Assembly: GCA_964640435.1 (NCBI GenBank)
Contig: CAZXFJ010000002.1
Location: 4,175 to 68,174, forward strand
Source: an uncultured Gammaproteobacteria bacterium
GTDB taxonomy: Bacteria; Patescibacteriota; Microgenomatia; Levybacterales; GWA1-39-11
Reading direction: 5' to 3'
DNA length: 64,000 nt
Positions 49,514 through 58,273 of the stretch are shown here, one piece after another (positions within the stretch are counted from its first letter, which is position 1; each line of letters begins with the position of its first letter). The notes beneath the pieces are model-generated. The model saw only the letters and a program-made list of their open reading frames with translations. It ran no database searches and was not told where the DNA came from. A program made the position numbers and the translations under genes.

Positions 49514-51143
49514 GTATTTAATTGTAGTTATATTATTTTCTGTTTTAGGATCTTTGGATCTTTTGCATTACGGCATCCCGCCTACTCATGATGGCGAATA
49601 CCACATAATGCGTTTTTGGCAATTTTATGAAACATTAAGCTCAGGTGTATTATACCCACGTTGGGCGCCAGATTTTAACAATGGGTTTGGGATACCAATA
49701 TTTAGTTATGTATATCCTCTTCCAAATTATGCTGCTTCATTATTTCATTTTATGGGCTTCAGTTATATAGAGTCTCTTAAGTTAAACATGGCAGTAGCAT
49801 CCATAGTTGGAGCATTTTTTTTCTATTTATGGAGTAGGCGTTACTGGGGTGAGCTTGGGGGAGTTGTTTCATCTGTATTCTATACCTTTGCGCCATATCA
49901 CTTTTTGGATATTTATGTCCGTGGGTCTGTAGGAGAAGTTTGGAGTCTGGCAATTGCACCCGGTTTATTATGGGCGTATTTAGCTTTTACACAAAACAAT
50001 AAAAAGTTATATTTTAGTTTGTCATGCTTGCTGCTTGGTTTACTTGTCTTCGCACATAATATTTTAGCTTTAGTTTTCTTTTCATTTTTTATTCTCTATT
50101 CGGTATTCATTATTTTAGAATCTAAAGATAAAAAGTATTTAATTGTTAACACTTTACTTATTTGTATTCTTGGTCTTGGTTTATCGGCGCCTTTCTGGTT
50201 GCCTGCAATTATTGAAACAAAATATGTTCAAGGCCTTCAGATATTCAATCCTACGGCATACTTTCCAAAATTATATCAACTCATTTATTCCTCATGGGGA
50301 TATGGTTTTGCTGGTGTTGATCCTAAACCTGGTGAGGGACAAATGTCATTTCAAATTGGTATACCAAATTTAATTGTAACTTCAATTGTATTTTTATTTT
50401 TAGTATTTAGTAAAAAATTAAAGTACAAAAAGATTATTATTTTCTCAGTTGCATTACTTTTGTTTTTTGTATTTTTAATAACGCCTTTTTCTGAAATTTT
50501 TTGGAAAATTGTTCCAGGAGTTTCATTTATTCAGTTTCCCTGGAGACTACTCAGTGTAGTAATTTTAATCTGCGCATTTTTAGCAGGAAGCATTATAGAA
50601 GATTCTTTATTTAAGGGAAAAAAGAAACTTCAGCTTGTTGTTTCGCTAATCATGATTCTAATCGTTGTGATATATGGAATTAGATACGCCAGAGAACCTT
50701 TTTATCATAAACGACCGGATAACCATTACTTATCGCGGTCTAATTTTACAGATGGAACAAATAGTCCCGGTGATGTTTTTAATACTAAATGGTTAAAATC
50801 TATTCCCCCTAAAGCGCGACAAAAAATTGAAATAATAAAAGGACAGGGTAAAATAGAGAACGTTTACCAGTATCCGCAGCAAGTTAAATTTAGTGCGATC
50901 ATTGAGAAAAAATCAAAAATTCTAGTCAATATTGCATATTTTCCGGGATGGACAGCTACTTCGAACAACAAAAATATTCGAGTAGAAAATTATAACGGAA
51001 AGATAAGTTTGAGGCTCAATAACGGTAAACAAAATATAAACTTATATTTAGCTAACACTCTGATTCAGAATTGGTCTTATGTCTATTTTTTGATAGCTAT
51101 TTTGGCTATAATTTATTATAAACCTTATGAAGATCGCAGTTGA
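49479..51143 (+). CDS. 'PTPS-related' GT-C-type membrane protein
   Basis: 'THDGEYH', 'PRWAPD..GFGIP', 'YVRGSVGE', 'AHN', 'QFPWR' and 'YFPGW'. Start set at ATG 49479. Confidence 0.8.
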   Translation: MKTISALFTNYKYLIVVILFSVLGSLDLLHYGIPPTHDGEYHIMRFWQFYETLSSGVLYPRWAPDFNNGFGIPIFSYVYPLPNYAASLFHFMGFSYIESLKLNMAVASIVGAFFFYLWSRRYWGELGGVVSSVFYTFAPYHFLDIYVRGSVGEVWSLAIAPGLLWAYLAFTQNNKKLYFSLSCLLLGLLVFAHNILALVFFSFFILYSVFIILESKDKKYLIVNTLLICILGLGLSAPFWLPAIIETKYVQGLQIFNPTAYFPKLYQLIYSSWGYGFAGVDPKPGEGQMSFQIGIPNLIVTSIVFLFLVFSKKLKYKKIIIFSVALLLFFVFLITPFSEIFWKIVPGVSFIQFPWRLLSVVILICAFLAGSIIEDSLFKGKKKLQLVVSLIMILIVVIYGIRYAREPFYHKRPDNHYLSRSNFTDGTNSPGDVFNTKWLKSIPPKARQKIEIIKGQGKIENVYQYPQQVKFSAIIEKKSKILVNIAYFPGWTATSNNKNIRVENYNGKISLRLNNGKQNINLYLANTLIQNWSYVYFLIAILAIIYYKPYEDRS

Positions 51144-52170
51144 CATATCTCCAATTAGTAAGGGTTCAACGTCCGCACACAAAGTTCGCGGTGTGGGTGC
51201 ATACATTAATATGCTCGTTAATAATCTTTCTGAGATAGATACAAAAAACGAATATAAATTTGTAGAAAATAATGAATTTGCTGATGCTGATTTAGTTCAT
51301 TTTCCATACTTTGATCCTTTTTTCCGCACGCTTCCATTTGGTTTGAATAAAAAGTTTGTCGTAACTGTGCATGATTTAACACCGTTGGTTTTTCCTAACC
51401 ATTTCCCTGCAGGAGTAAAAGGCAAAGTTAATTGGCAGTTTCAGAAACTGAATTTAAAAAAAGCTTCAAAGGTAGTCGTTGACTCTAATTGTTCGGCAAA
51501 AGATGTACAGAGAATTGCTGGTGTTGATAAAGATAAAATTGTAACAGTTTATCTTTCAGCCTCAGAAAGTTTTAAAAAATTGATGTCTGGTTCGTGGGAA
51601 AAAGAGACAATCAAGAAGTATAATTTACCAGATAACTTCCTTTTGTATGTGGGCGATGCTACTTGGAATAAAAATTTACCAAGACTTATTGAGGCTGTAA
51701 AAAATACTAACCATAAGATTGTTATGGTAGGAAAAGTTTGGGAAACAGAAATTATAAGTGATAACCCATGGAATGATGATCTAAAACATGTAATGCTTGA
51801 GATAGATAAAAATCCTCAATTTATTAATTTAGGATTTGTTGATGATGATGATGTAGTTAGGCTTTATAATTTAGCAACTGCGCTTGTTATGCCCTCCTTA
51901 TATGAGGGTTTTGGTTTACCCGTACTAGAGGCGATGAAATGTGCTTGTCCGGTAATTTCCTCAAAAGGAGGCTCATTGCCAGAAATTGGTGGGGACGCTG
52001 TTGAGTATATCGATGAATATAATATAGAGAGTATTGTTGAAGCTATAAATCGTGTTATGGCATCAAAAAGCCTACAGGAAAGTTTGTCAAAAAAAGGTCT
52101 TTTGCAAGCAAAAAATTTTACTGTCGAAAAAAGTATTAACGATCTTGTTGCCGTCTATAATTCAATTTAA
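51127..52170 (+). CDS. GT4 glycosyltransferase (MtfB/WbaZ mannosyltransferase-like)
   Basis: 'RGVG', 'TVHDL', 'KNLPRL' and 'PSLYEGFGLPVLEAM'. Confidence 0.9.
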   Translation: MKIAVDISPISKGSTSAHKVRGVGAYINMLVNNLSEIDTKNEYKFVENNEFADADLVHFPYFDPFFRTLPFGLNKKFVVTVHDLTPLVFPNHFPAGVKGKVNWQFQKLNLKKASKVVVDSNCSAKDVQRIAGVDKDKIVTVYLSASESFKKLMSGSWEKETIKKYNLPDNFLLYVGDATWNKNLPRLIEAVKNTNHKIVMVGKVWETEIISDNPWNDDLKHVMLEIDKNPQFINLGFVDDDDVVRLYNLATALVMPSLYEGFGLPVLEAMKCACPVISSKGGSLPEIGGDAVEYIDEYNIESIVEAINRVMASKSLQESLSKKGLLQAKNFTVEKSINDLVAVYNSI

Positions 52171-53429
52171 TGAAAAAGGCTTTATCTTTACTCAAAAACA
52201 ATAATTTCCTATCTGCTTCTTTTTGGGTTTTTCTAGGAACTGGTTTTCTAAATTTTGGAAGTTATCTTTACCACTTGATGATGGGAAGATTATTGGGTCC
52301 CTCTTCATATGGTGCTCTAGAGGGTGCAATTTCTGTGTTATATATCCTATTCGTTCCGACCGCAACTTTATCTTTGATAGTTGTGAAATTTGTCTCATCA
52401 TATCTTGGTAAAAAAGATTATAAAAAAATCAATGAAATCTATAATTATCTTTTTAGTAAAGTATTAATTTTTGGAGCAGCTATAACAATAATTTTACTTT
52501 TAATTTCTCCTTTGCTAACTAAGTTTTTGAGATTTCCAAATATTTATATTTCGATATTTATAGCAATCACATTTTTAGTCAATCTGTTCTATATCCTGGA
52601 CAAAAGTGTGGTTCAAGGTTTAACAAAGTTTTTTAAATTCTCATTTCTAAATGTTATTGAAACATCTGTAAAGTTGTTTCTAGGTATTACTCTTGTATAT
52701 TTAGGTTTTTCAGTTGATGGAGCATTTGCAGGAGTTGGAATTGGTTTGCTGGCAGCACTCTTTGTCTCACAAGTATTTGTAAAGCAATCAGTTAAGGTAA
52801 AGCTAAATTTGAAAGCAGATTTTTCTGAAAAAAAAGAATTATGGAAGTTTGCGATCCCAACATTTATTACAACGCTTGCATTAACATCTATTTTTACAAC
52901 AGATATTATTCTGGTTAGACATTTCTTCCATGGCGCAGAGTCAGGATACTATTCCGCGATTTCCGTACTCGGAAAAGTAATATATTTTGCAGCATCTCCA
53001 GTTATTTTTGTCGTCTTTCCTTTGGCATCAGAATTTCATGCAAAAGGTGGAAAATTTGAGAAATTTTTGTACCAAGGAGTGGCACTAGCTGGTTTTGTAT
53101 GTATTTTAATAACATCAATATACTTTTTAGTGCCAAACTTAATGGTTTCACTACTTTTCGGTCCATCTTATCTTCCTATAGTTTCATATCTTGGGATTTT
53201 TGGCGTTTTTATTTCTCTGTATACGATTTGTGCTTTGATCGCCAATTTCTATCTTTCAATTCATAAAACAACATCATCATATTTAGTTCTTTTTGCAGCA
53301 ATATTACAAATAGTATTAATTATTTTATTCCATAACTCATTAACTGAAGTTATTTATGTTTCGATACTTTCTTGTATTGTGCTTCTAATTTCCCTTTTGC
53401 TATACTATCCGCATGCAAAAAGAAGATAA
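52170..53429 (+). CDS. Wzx/MOP-family flippase
   Basis: 'GRLLGPSSYG', 'DIILVRHFF...SGYY' and about 12 TM segments. Confidence 0.85.
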   Translation: MKKALSLLKNNNFLSASFWVFLGTGFLNFGSYLYHLMMGRLLGPSSYGALEGAISVLYILFVPTATLSLIVVKFVSSYLGKKDYKKINEIYNYLFSKVLIFGAAITIILLLISPLLTKFLRFPNIYISIFIAITFLVNLFYILDKSVVQGLTKFFKFSFLNVIETSVKLFLGITLVYLGFSVDGAFAGVGIGLLAALFVSQVFVKQSVKVKLNLKADFSEKKELWKFAIPTFITTLALTSIFTTDIILVRHFFHGAESGYYSAISVLGKVIYFAASPVIFVVFPLASEFHAKGGKFEKFLYQGVALAGFVCILITSIYFLVPNLMVSLLFGPSYLPIVSYLGIFGVFISLYTICALIANFYLSIHKTTSSYLVLFAAILQIVLIILFHNSLTEVIYVSILSCIVLLISLLLYYPHAKRR

Positions 53430-54192
53430 AATCAAACTAATTTCTCTGGTTGTTCCGGCATATAAACAACAAAAAACAATATTAAAAAATGTTGAAGTTT
53501 TAATGGATGAGCTGTCAAAATTGCCTTATAAATCTGAGTTACTGATTGTTATAGATGGAAATCTCGATAATACGTCACAAAAACTTGAAAAATTAAAGAA
53601 AAAAAACATATTTGTATATCAGTATGAAAGGAATGAAGGAAAAGGATATGCAGTTCGCTATGGAGTATTAAGAGCAAAAGGGGATTTAATAGGGTTTATT
53701 GATGCGGGTATGGATCTTGATCCTTCGGAAATATCCTTGATGATTGATACCATGCTATGGAAGGATGCAGATGTCGTTGTAGGAAGCAAGCTACATCCAG
53801 ATTCGAAAGTAAATTATCCATATGTGAGAAAAATTTTGTCTTGGGGTTATAGAACATTCACGCATTTACTTTTTGGCTTTTCAGTTAGAGATACACAAGT
53901 TGGTTTAAAATTTTTTAGGAGGCAAGTTGCTAAAGATGTATTCCCAAGATTACTAGTTAAACGATTTGCATTTGATGTAGAAGTTTTAGCTCTTGCTTAT
54001 GCACTTGGCTATAAGAAAATTTATGAGTCTCCCGTAAAGTTAAGGTTTAGAAATAACAGTACCATTACTTCAAAGAGTTTCTGGAAAGAAATTTCAAATA
54101 TGCTTTGGGATACGGCGGCAGTTTTTTATAGAGTTAGAATTCTAAAATACTATAGAAGAAGTAATAAAGAAAATTGGCTTAATATAGAATGA
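53413..54192 (+). CDS. GT2, polyprenol-phosphate glycosyltransferase (DPG-synthase-like)
   Basis: 'NEGKGYAV', 'FIDAGMD', 'DTQVGLK' and 'FAFDVE'. Confidence 0.87.
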   Translation: MQKEDKIKLISLVVPAYKQQKTILKNVEVLMDELSKLPYKSELLIVIDGNLDNTSQKLEKLKKKNIFVYQYERNEGKGYAVRYGVLRAKGDLIGFIDAGMDLDPSEISLMIDTMLWKDADVVVGSKLHPDSKVNYPYVRKILSWGYRTFTHLLFGFSVRDTQVGLKFFRRQVAKDVFPRLLVKRFAFDVEVLALAYALGYKKIYESPVKLRFRNNSTITSKSFWKEISNMLWDTAAVFYRVRILKYYRRSNKENWLNIE

Positions 54193-55289
54193 ACATATTA
54201 ATTTTAAATTGGCGGGATATAAAACACCCGCTTGCTGGTGGTGCCGAAATCTCACTTTTTGAACATGCTAAAAAATGGAAGGAGAGTGGTGCAAATGTTA
54301 TCTGGTTTTCATCTGCCTTTTCATACTACAAAAAGGAGGAGGAGATTGACGGAATCAAGTTTATTAGATCAGGCAGCCAAATAACTGTGCATATAACTGC
54401 TTTTTTTGTCTTTTTGTTTGGAAAACTTGGTAGGCCTGATATTGTTATAGACTCGTTTCATTTTCTTCCATTCTTTTCGCCATTATATATTTTTAAAGCA
54501 AAGAAAATAGCACTTATAAATGAGGTGGCCGGTAAACTTTGGTTTTCAAATATAATTTTTCCTATTTCACTGATTGGATTTTTTCTTGAAAAAATTTCAT
54601 TTATTTTTTATAAAAAAAGTACATTTATTACAGCATCAAAATCAACTGAAAATGACCTTTTAAAAATAGGAATCGATAAGAAGCGGGTTCACACCATTTT
54701 GAATGGAGTAACATTGGTTAAATTAAAGAAGAGAGTAGAAAAAGAAAAAAATCCTACCATTATTTTCCTGGGGAGAATCTCTGATGACAAAGGGATAAAA
54801 GATGCATTTAAAGCATTCGAACAAGTTTATATATCAAATAATAAAGTTGAATTTTTTATAGCAGGCAAAGAAGAAAAAAAGGGTATTATAGATAATTTAA
54901 TAAATTCATTAGATAAATCATGTCGTAGGAACGTTAAATATTTTGGGTTTGTTAGTGAAGAAAAAAAATTTGAACTGTTGCGAAAGGCTTGGATACTTAT
55001 TCATCCTTCAATGAAAGAAGGGTGGGGGTTAAATGTTATAGAGGCTGCATCTCAACAGACTCCGACGGTTGGTTACGATGTAGAGGGTTTAAGAGATTCT
55101 ATCATTGATTCCAAAACTGGTATACTTTCACAACCAAATTCGTTATCACTTGCAGAAGATATTATGAAAATACTAAATGATGACAAATTAAGATACAAAT
55201 TAAGTAAAAATGCACAAGAATGGTCAAAAAATTTTAATTGGGAAAAAAGTGCTACCAAGAGTTGGAAAGTGATAACTTCAGATGAATAG
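54189..55289 (+). CDS. GT4 glycosyltransferase
   Basis: 'WRDIKHPLAGGAE', 'FLGRI...KG' and 'EGWGLNVIEA'. Confidence 0.9.
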   Translation: MNILILNWRDIKHPLAGGAEISLFEHAKKWKESGANVIWFSSAFSYYKKEEEIDGIKFIRSGSQITVHITAFFVFLFGKLGRPDIVIDSFHFLPFFSPLYIFKAKKIALINEVAGKLWFSNIIFPISLIGFFLEKISFIFYKKSTFITASKSTENDLLKIGIDKKRVHTILNGVTLVKLKKRVEKEKNPTIIFLGRISDDKGIKDAFKAFEQVYISNNKVEFFIAGKEEKKGIIDNLINSLDKSCRRNVKYFGFVSEEKKFELLRKAWILIHPSMKEGWGLNVIEAASQQTPTVGYDVEGLRDSIIDSKTGILSQPNSLSLAEDIMKILNDDKLRYKLSKNAQEWSKNFNWEKSATKSWKVITSDE

Positions 55290-56133
55290 TATAAAGAATA
55301 AAAAGCATATACTGTCCGTCGATTTTGAGTCCTGGATTTTCTCAAAAAAAATAAATAGTCAGAACTTGTCAATTTCAGATCTTAAAAAGCTTGATGCTGG
55401 TTATTCTCCTAAAGCGTTGAAAACAATGCTAAAAGCTCTCAAAAAAAATAATCAAAAAATTACTTTCTTTGTTGTAAGCAAGCTTGAACAAATATACCCA
55501 GGAATTATTGAAACAATACTTGAGGATGGACATGAAGTGGGATGGCACTCCCATACTCACGTTGTAATGCATGAGCTTGACACTTTAAAAAAAGAACTGG
55601 ATATGGGAAGTGAGATAATTACTAAATACAAGATGAAAGGATTCCAGGCGCCAAATATCGTTTTCATGAAAAAAGGCTATAAATATTTAAAGGACTACGG
55701 TTTCACATATTCTTCATCGATATATGGCAATAGTAATAAGATTTATAAATTCAATGATGTTTTTGAAATACCTGTTACCTCACATAAGAAAGATCAGTCT
55801 CATGCGGAAATCGAATTTCCGACTACGCTTTTAAGAAGCTTACTAAAAAGAGAAGTTCCTTTGGGTTCAAGTTTCTTTTGGGGTTTACTAGGAGGCAAGT
55901 TTTATCATAAGAAGTTATCTTCCTTAAGAAATAAAGGGGAGATAATAAATATGTTTATTCATGACTGGCAAATCTTAACACCAAAATCTGAAATTTATAA
56001 AAAGGATGTTGGATTTTTTTGGAACCCCCTCTTTCTTCCCTACAAAATAAACGTTAGAAAGATGTTTGAAGAACTTGTGTCAAAACATGAATTCACAAGA
56101 TTTGATAAATTTATAAAAGATTTTAATAAGTGA
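55282..56133 (+). CDS. Polysaccharide deacetylase (CE4/NodB fold)
   Basis: 'SVDFE', 'TFFV', 'GHEVGWHSHTH', 'GFQAP', 'YSSS' and 'FIHDW'. Confidence 0.85.
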   Translation: MNSIKNKKHILSVDFESWIFSKKINSQNLSISDLKKLDAGYSPKALKTMLKALKKNNQKITFFVVSKLEQIYPGIIETILEDGHEVGWHSHTHVVMHELDTLKKELDMGSEIITKYKMKGFQAPNIVFMKKGYKYLKDYGFTYSSSIYGNSNKIYKFNDVFEIPVTSHKKDQSHAEIEFPTTLLRSLLKREVPLGSSFFWGLLGGKFYHKKLSSLRNKGEIINMFIHDWQILTPKSEIYKKDVGFFWNPLFLPYKINVRKMFEELVSKHEFTRFDKFIKDFNK

Positions 56134-56945
56134 AAAGAAAATTAAGAATTTATTGTATTCTCGCTGACGAAAATTTATTCCATCCTCATTATTTTAATGG
56201 AATAATAAAGGGGCTTAGTAAAAAAGGTTATAAGGTTGTTGGTTTAACACTTGCGCTGGATAAATATAAAAGGGGTTTTGCAAATGCTGTATTTGAACAA
56301 ATATACTTATGGGGCTTATTACCATTTGCATTTATTGCTACAAACTCATTAGTCAGAACCGGTCTCTTTCGGTTAGGTTTATTAAGGCATAAGACTGTTC
56401 GTGGAGTCGCTTTACTACATAATATACCTGTTTACGAAACTTTTAATGTAAATGATAAGACGCACCTCTCTTATCTATCCAAAAAAAATATAGATATCAT
56501 TATTTCTTCAAATGGACAAATTTTTAAGAAAGATTTACTTAAGCTTCCTAAAGTTGCTGCAATAAATAGGCACTCTGCATTGTTACCCTCTTATGGAGGG
56601 GTATTGCCAATCTTTTGGGCTATGAAAAAAAAGGAGAAAAAGCTTGGAACTAGTGTACATTATATGGTTGAAAAGATAGATAAAGGTGATATTCTAGCAC
56701 AATATTCGTTTGAGAACGAAAAGGGGAGTTCACTATTCGAGAACTATATGTACGCATTCAATTTAAGTATTCCTGCGACTATCGATGCAATTGAAAATAT
56801 TTTAAACAAGAAAACGATAAAAAAGTTTAGACACAATAAGAATGAATATTTTTCTTTTCCAGAGAGAAAAATGATAAAAATGTTTAAGAAAACCAACAAG
56901 CCTTTTAGACTGAAAGATGTTATGAAATTTTATACAATATATTAA
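56130..56945 (+). CDS. N10-formyl-THF-dependent formyltransferase (sugar N-formyltransferase-like)
   Basis: 'INRHSALLPSYGG' and 'SVHYM...IDKGDI'; GTG start; no Fmt C-terminal domain. Confidence 0.85.
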   Translation: MKRKLRIYCILADENLFHPHYFNGIIKGLSKKGYKVVGLTLALDKYKRGFANAVFEQIYLWGLLPFAFIATNSLVRTGLFRLGLLRHKTVRGVALLHNIPVYETFNVNDKTHLSYLSKKNIDIIISSNGQIFKKDLLKLPKVAAINRHSALLPSYGGVLPIFWAMKKKEKKLGTSVHYMVEKIDKGDILAQYSFENEKGSSLFENYMYAFNLSIPATIDAIENILNKKTIKKFRHNKNEYFSFPERKMIKMFKKTNKPFRLKDVMKFYTIY

Positions 56946-58273
56946 TGCTTAAACTTATCCGTACTAATGTATACCTGTTGTTACTTCTTGCTATACTTGC
57001 TCTAGGCTTGATGCTTAGGACAAATAACTTGTATACCTGGCCAAGACTTGGGGCAACATTTGATGAATACGCTTGGACTTGGCAAGGAATGAATATTATA
57101 CAAAAAGGAGTTCCTATCTCTTGGTCACCACATCCTCAATATAAAAATGCAAAAGATATAATTTATCAACGAACTCATTTCAGAATTGTTACACCATTTT
57201 TAGAACACCCGCCAATATTTGGTTTAGTTGCAGGATCGTTTGCAATTATTAATGGAGCGGACGACATGTATCATTTAACTATCGAAAATATTCGGCCTCT
57301 TGCGGTTATTCTTGGCCTCTTATCAATATTAATGGTGTTTCTCTTAACGTCTGAAGTATATGACAAAAAAACTGGTCTAATCGCCTCACTTATTTACACG
57401 ATTATTCCAACGATTGCTGTAGGTTCGCGAATTGTTCAGAATGAAAACTTTTTTATTCCTTTTTGGCTTCTCTCTCTTTGGCTAATTGTTAAATATATAA
57501 AAAATAAAAGGTCTCTCTATATGTATTTTGCTGCAATAATCTGCGCATTACTTGTTCTTGCAAAGATACCCTGGATTGCCGCTGCTGGATCTATATTTTT
57601 AATCTTTATGTACTTGAAGCAATACAAAAACGCATTTATCTTTTTCATGATTCCTATTATCTCGCTCGTCATGTTTGTCATATACGGCTTCTATTTTGAT
57701 AAAGACGTTTTTATTAATCTATGGGCACTTCAATTAAATCGATACGATATAGCTTTTAATAGCATTTTTGCTCTTTTTACTGAGCCTTTTTTGGCAGATA
57801 GATATACAGTTGATGGGTGGATCTATTTTGGATGGTTTGCCTTCATTTTATTACTCGTATCTGATTTTAAGAAAAATTATCCCGTTATTTTGGGGCTACT
57901 CGCGTACTTTTCAATCTTTATCTTCGCCATCCCCAATGAAGCTGGACATGGTTGGTATAGATATCCGTTTTATCCCTTCCTTGCTATTTCGCTAGCAATT
58001 TTTCTGAAAGAGTATTACAAGAAAAACATTCTACTTACGTTCTTTTTTATTGTTTTTGTTGTAACTTCGCTTTTACAACTTTCATATGGTGTAAGCGTGG
58101 GCTTCTCATTTAAAATTTTTAGAGTTTTTCTACTATCTACAACTCTTATACTTCTCCCTCTGTTCTTTACGAATAAAAATTTAGTTAAACTCTCGCATTT
58201 ATATTGTAATGCAATGCTTGGTGTAATTTTACTGTTAAGTATTTGGTCAATTCTAAACTATAATGAGCAATAA
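56945..58273 (+). CDS. GT-C, ArnT/PMT_2-like
   Basis: 'LR...TFDEYAW', 'EHPP', 'SRIVQNE' and 'LAK'. Confidence 0.8.
   Translation: MLKLIRTNVYLLLLLAILALGLMLRTNNLYTWPRLGATFDEYAWTWQGMNIIQKGVPISWSPHPQYKNAKDIIYQRTHFRIVTPFLEHPPIFGLVAGSFAIINGADDMYHLTIENIRPLAVILGLLSILMVFLLTSEVYDKKTGLIASLIYTIIPTIAVGSRIVQNENFFIPFWLLSLWLIVKYIKNKRSLYMYFAAIICALLVLAKIPWIAAAGSIFLIFMYLKQYKNAFIFFMIPIISLVMFVIYGFYFDKDVFINLWALQLNRYDIAFNSIFALFTEPFLADRYTVDGWIYFGWFAFILLLVSDFKKNYPVILGLLAYFSIFIFAIPNEAGHGWYRYPFYPFLAISLAIFLKEYYKKNILLTFFFIVFVVTSLLQLSYGVSVGFSFKIFRVFLLSTTLILLPLFFTNKNLVKLSHLYCNAMLGVILLLSIWSILNYNEQ

Noticed and set aside
15303-51143. Pterin/queuosine biosynthesis role for the four 'PTPS-related' membrane proteins
   Set aside because: They have no T-fold PTPS motifs. 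They are polytopic, carry GT-C-like acidic loops and sit among glycosyltransferases.
56130-56945. Calling the formyltransferase fmt or purN
   Set aside because: It lacks the Fmt C-terminal domain, has an extra hydrophobic N-terminal insert, and is coupled to a deacetylase and a GT-C in a glycan locus.
34423-58273. Naming the DE-motif GT-Cs arnT (lipid A Ara4N transferase)
   Set aside because: Only fold-level similarity is supportable. No arnB or lipid A genes are in the window and the acceptor is unknown.
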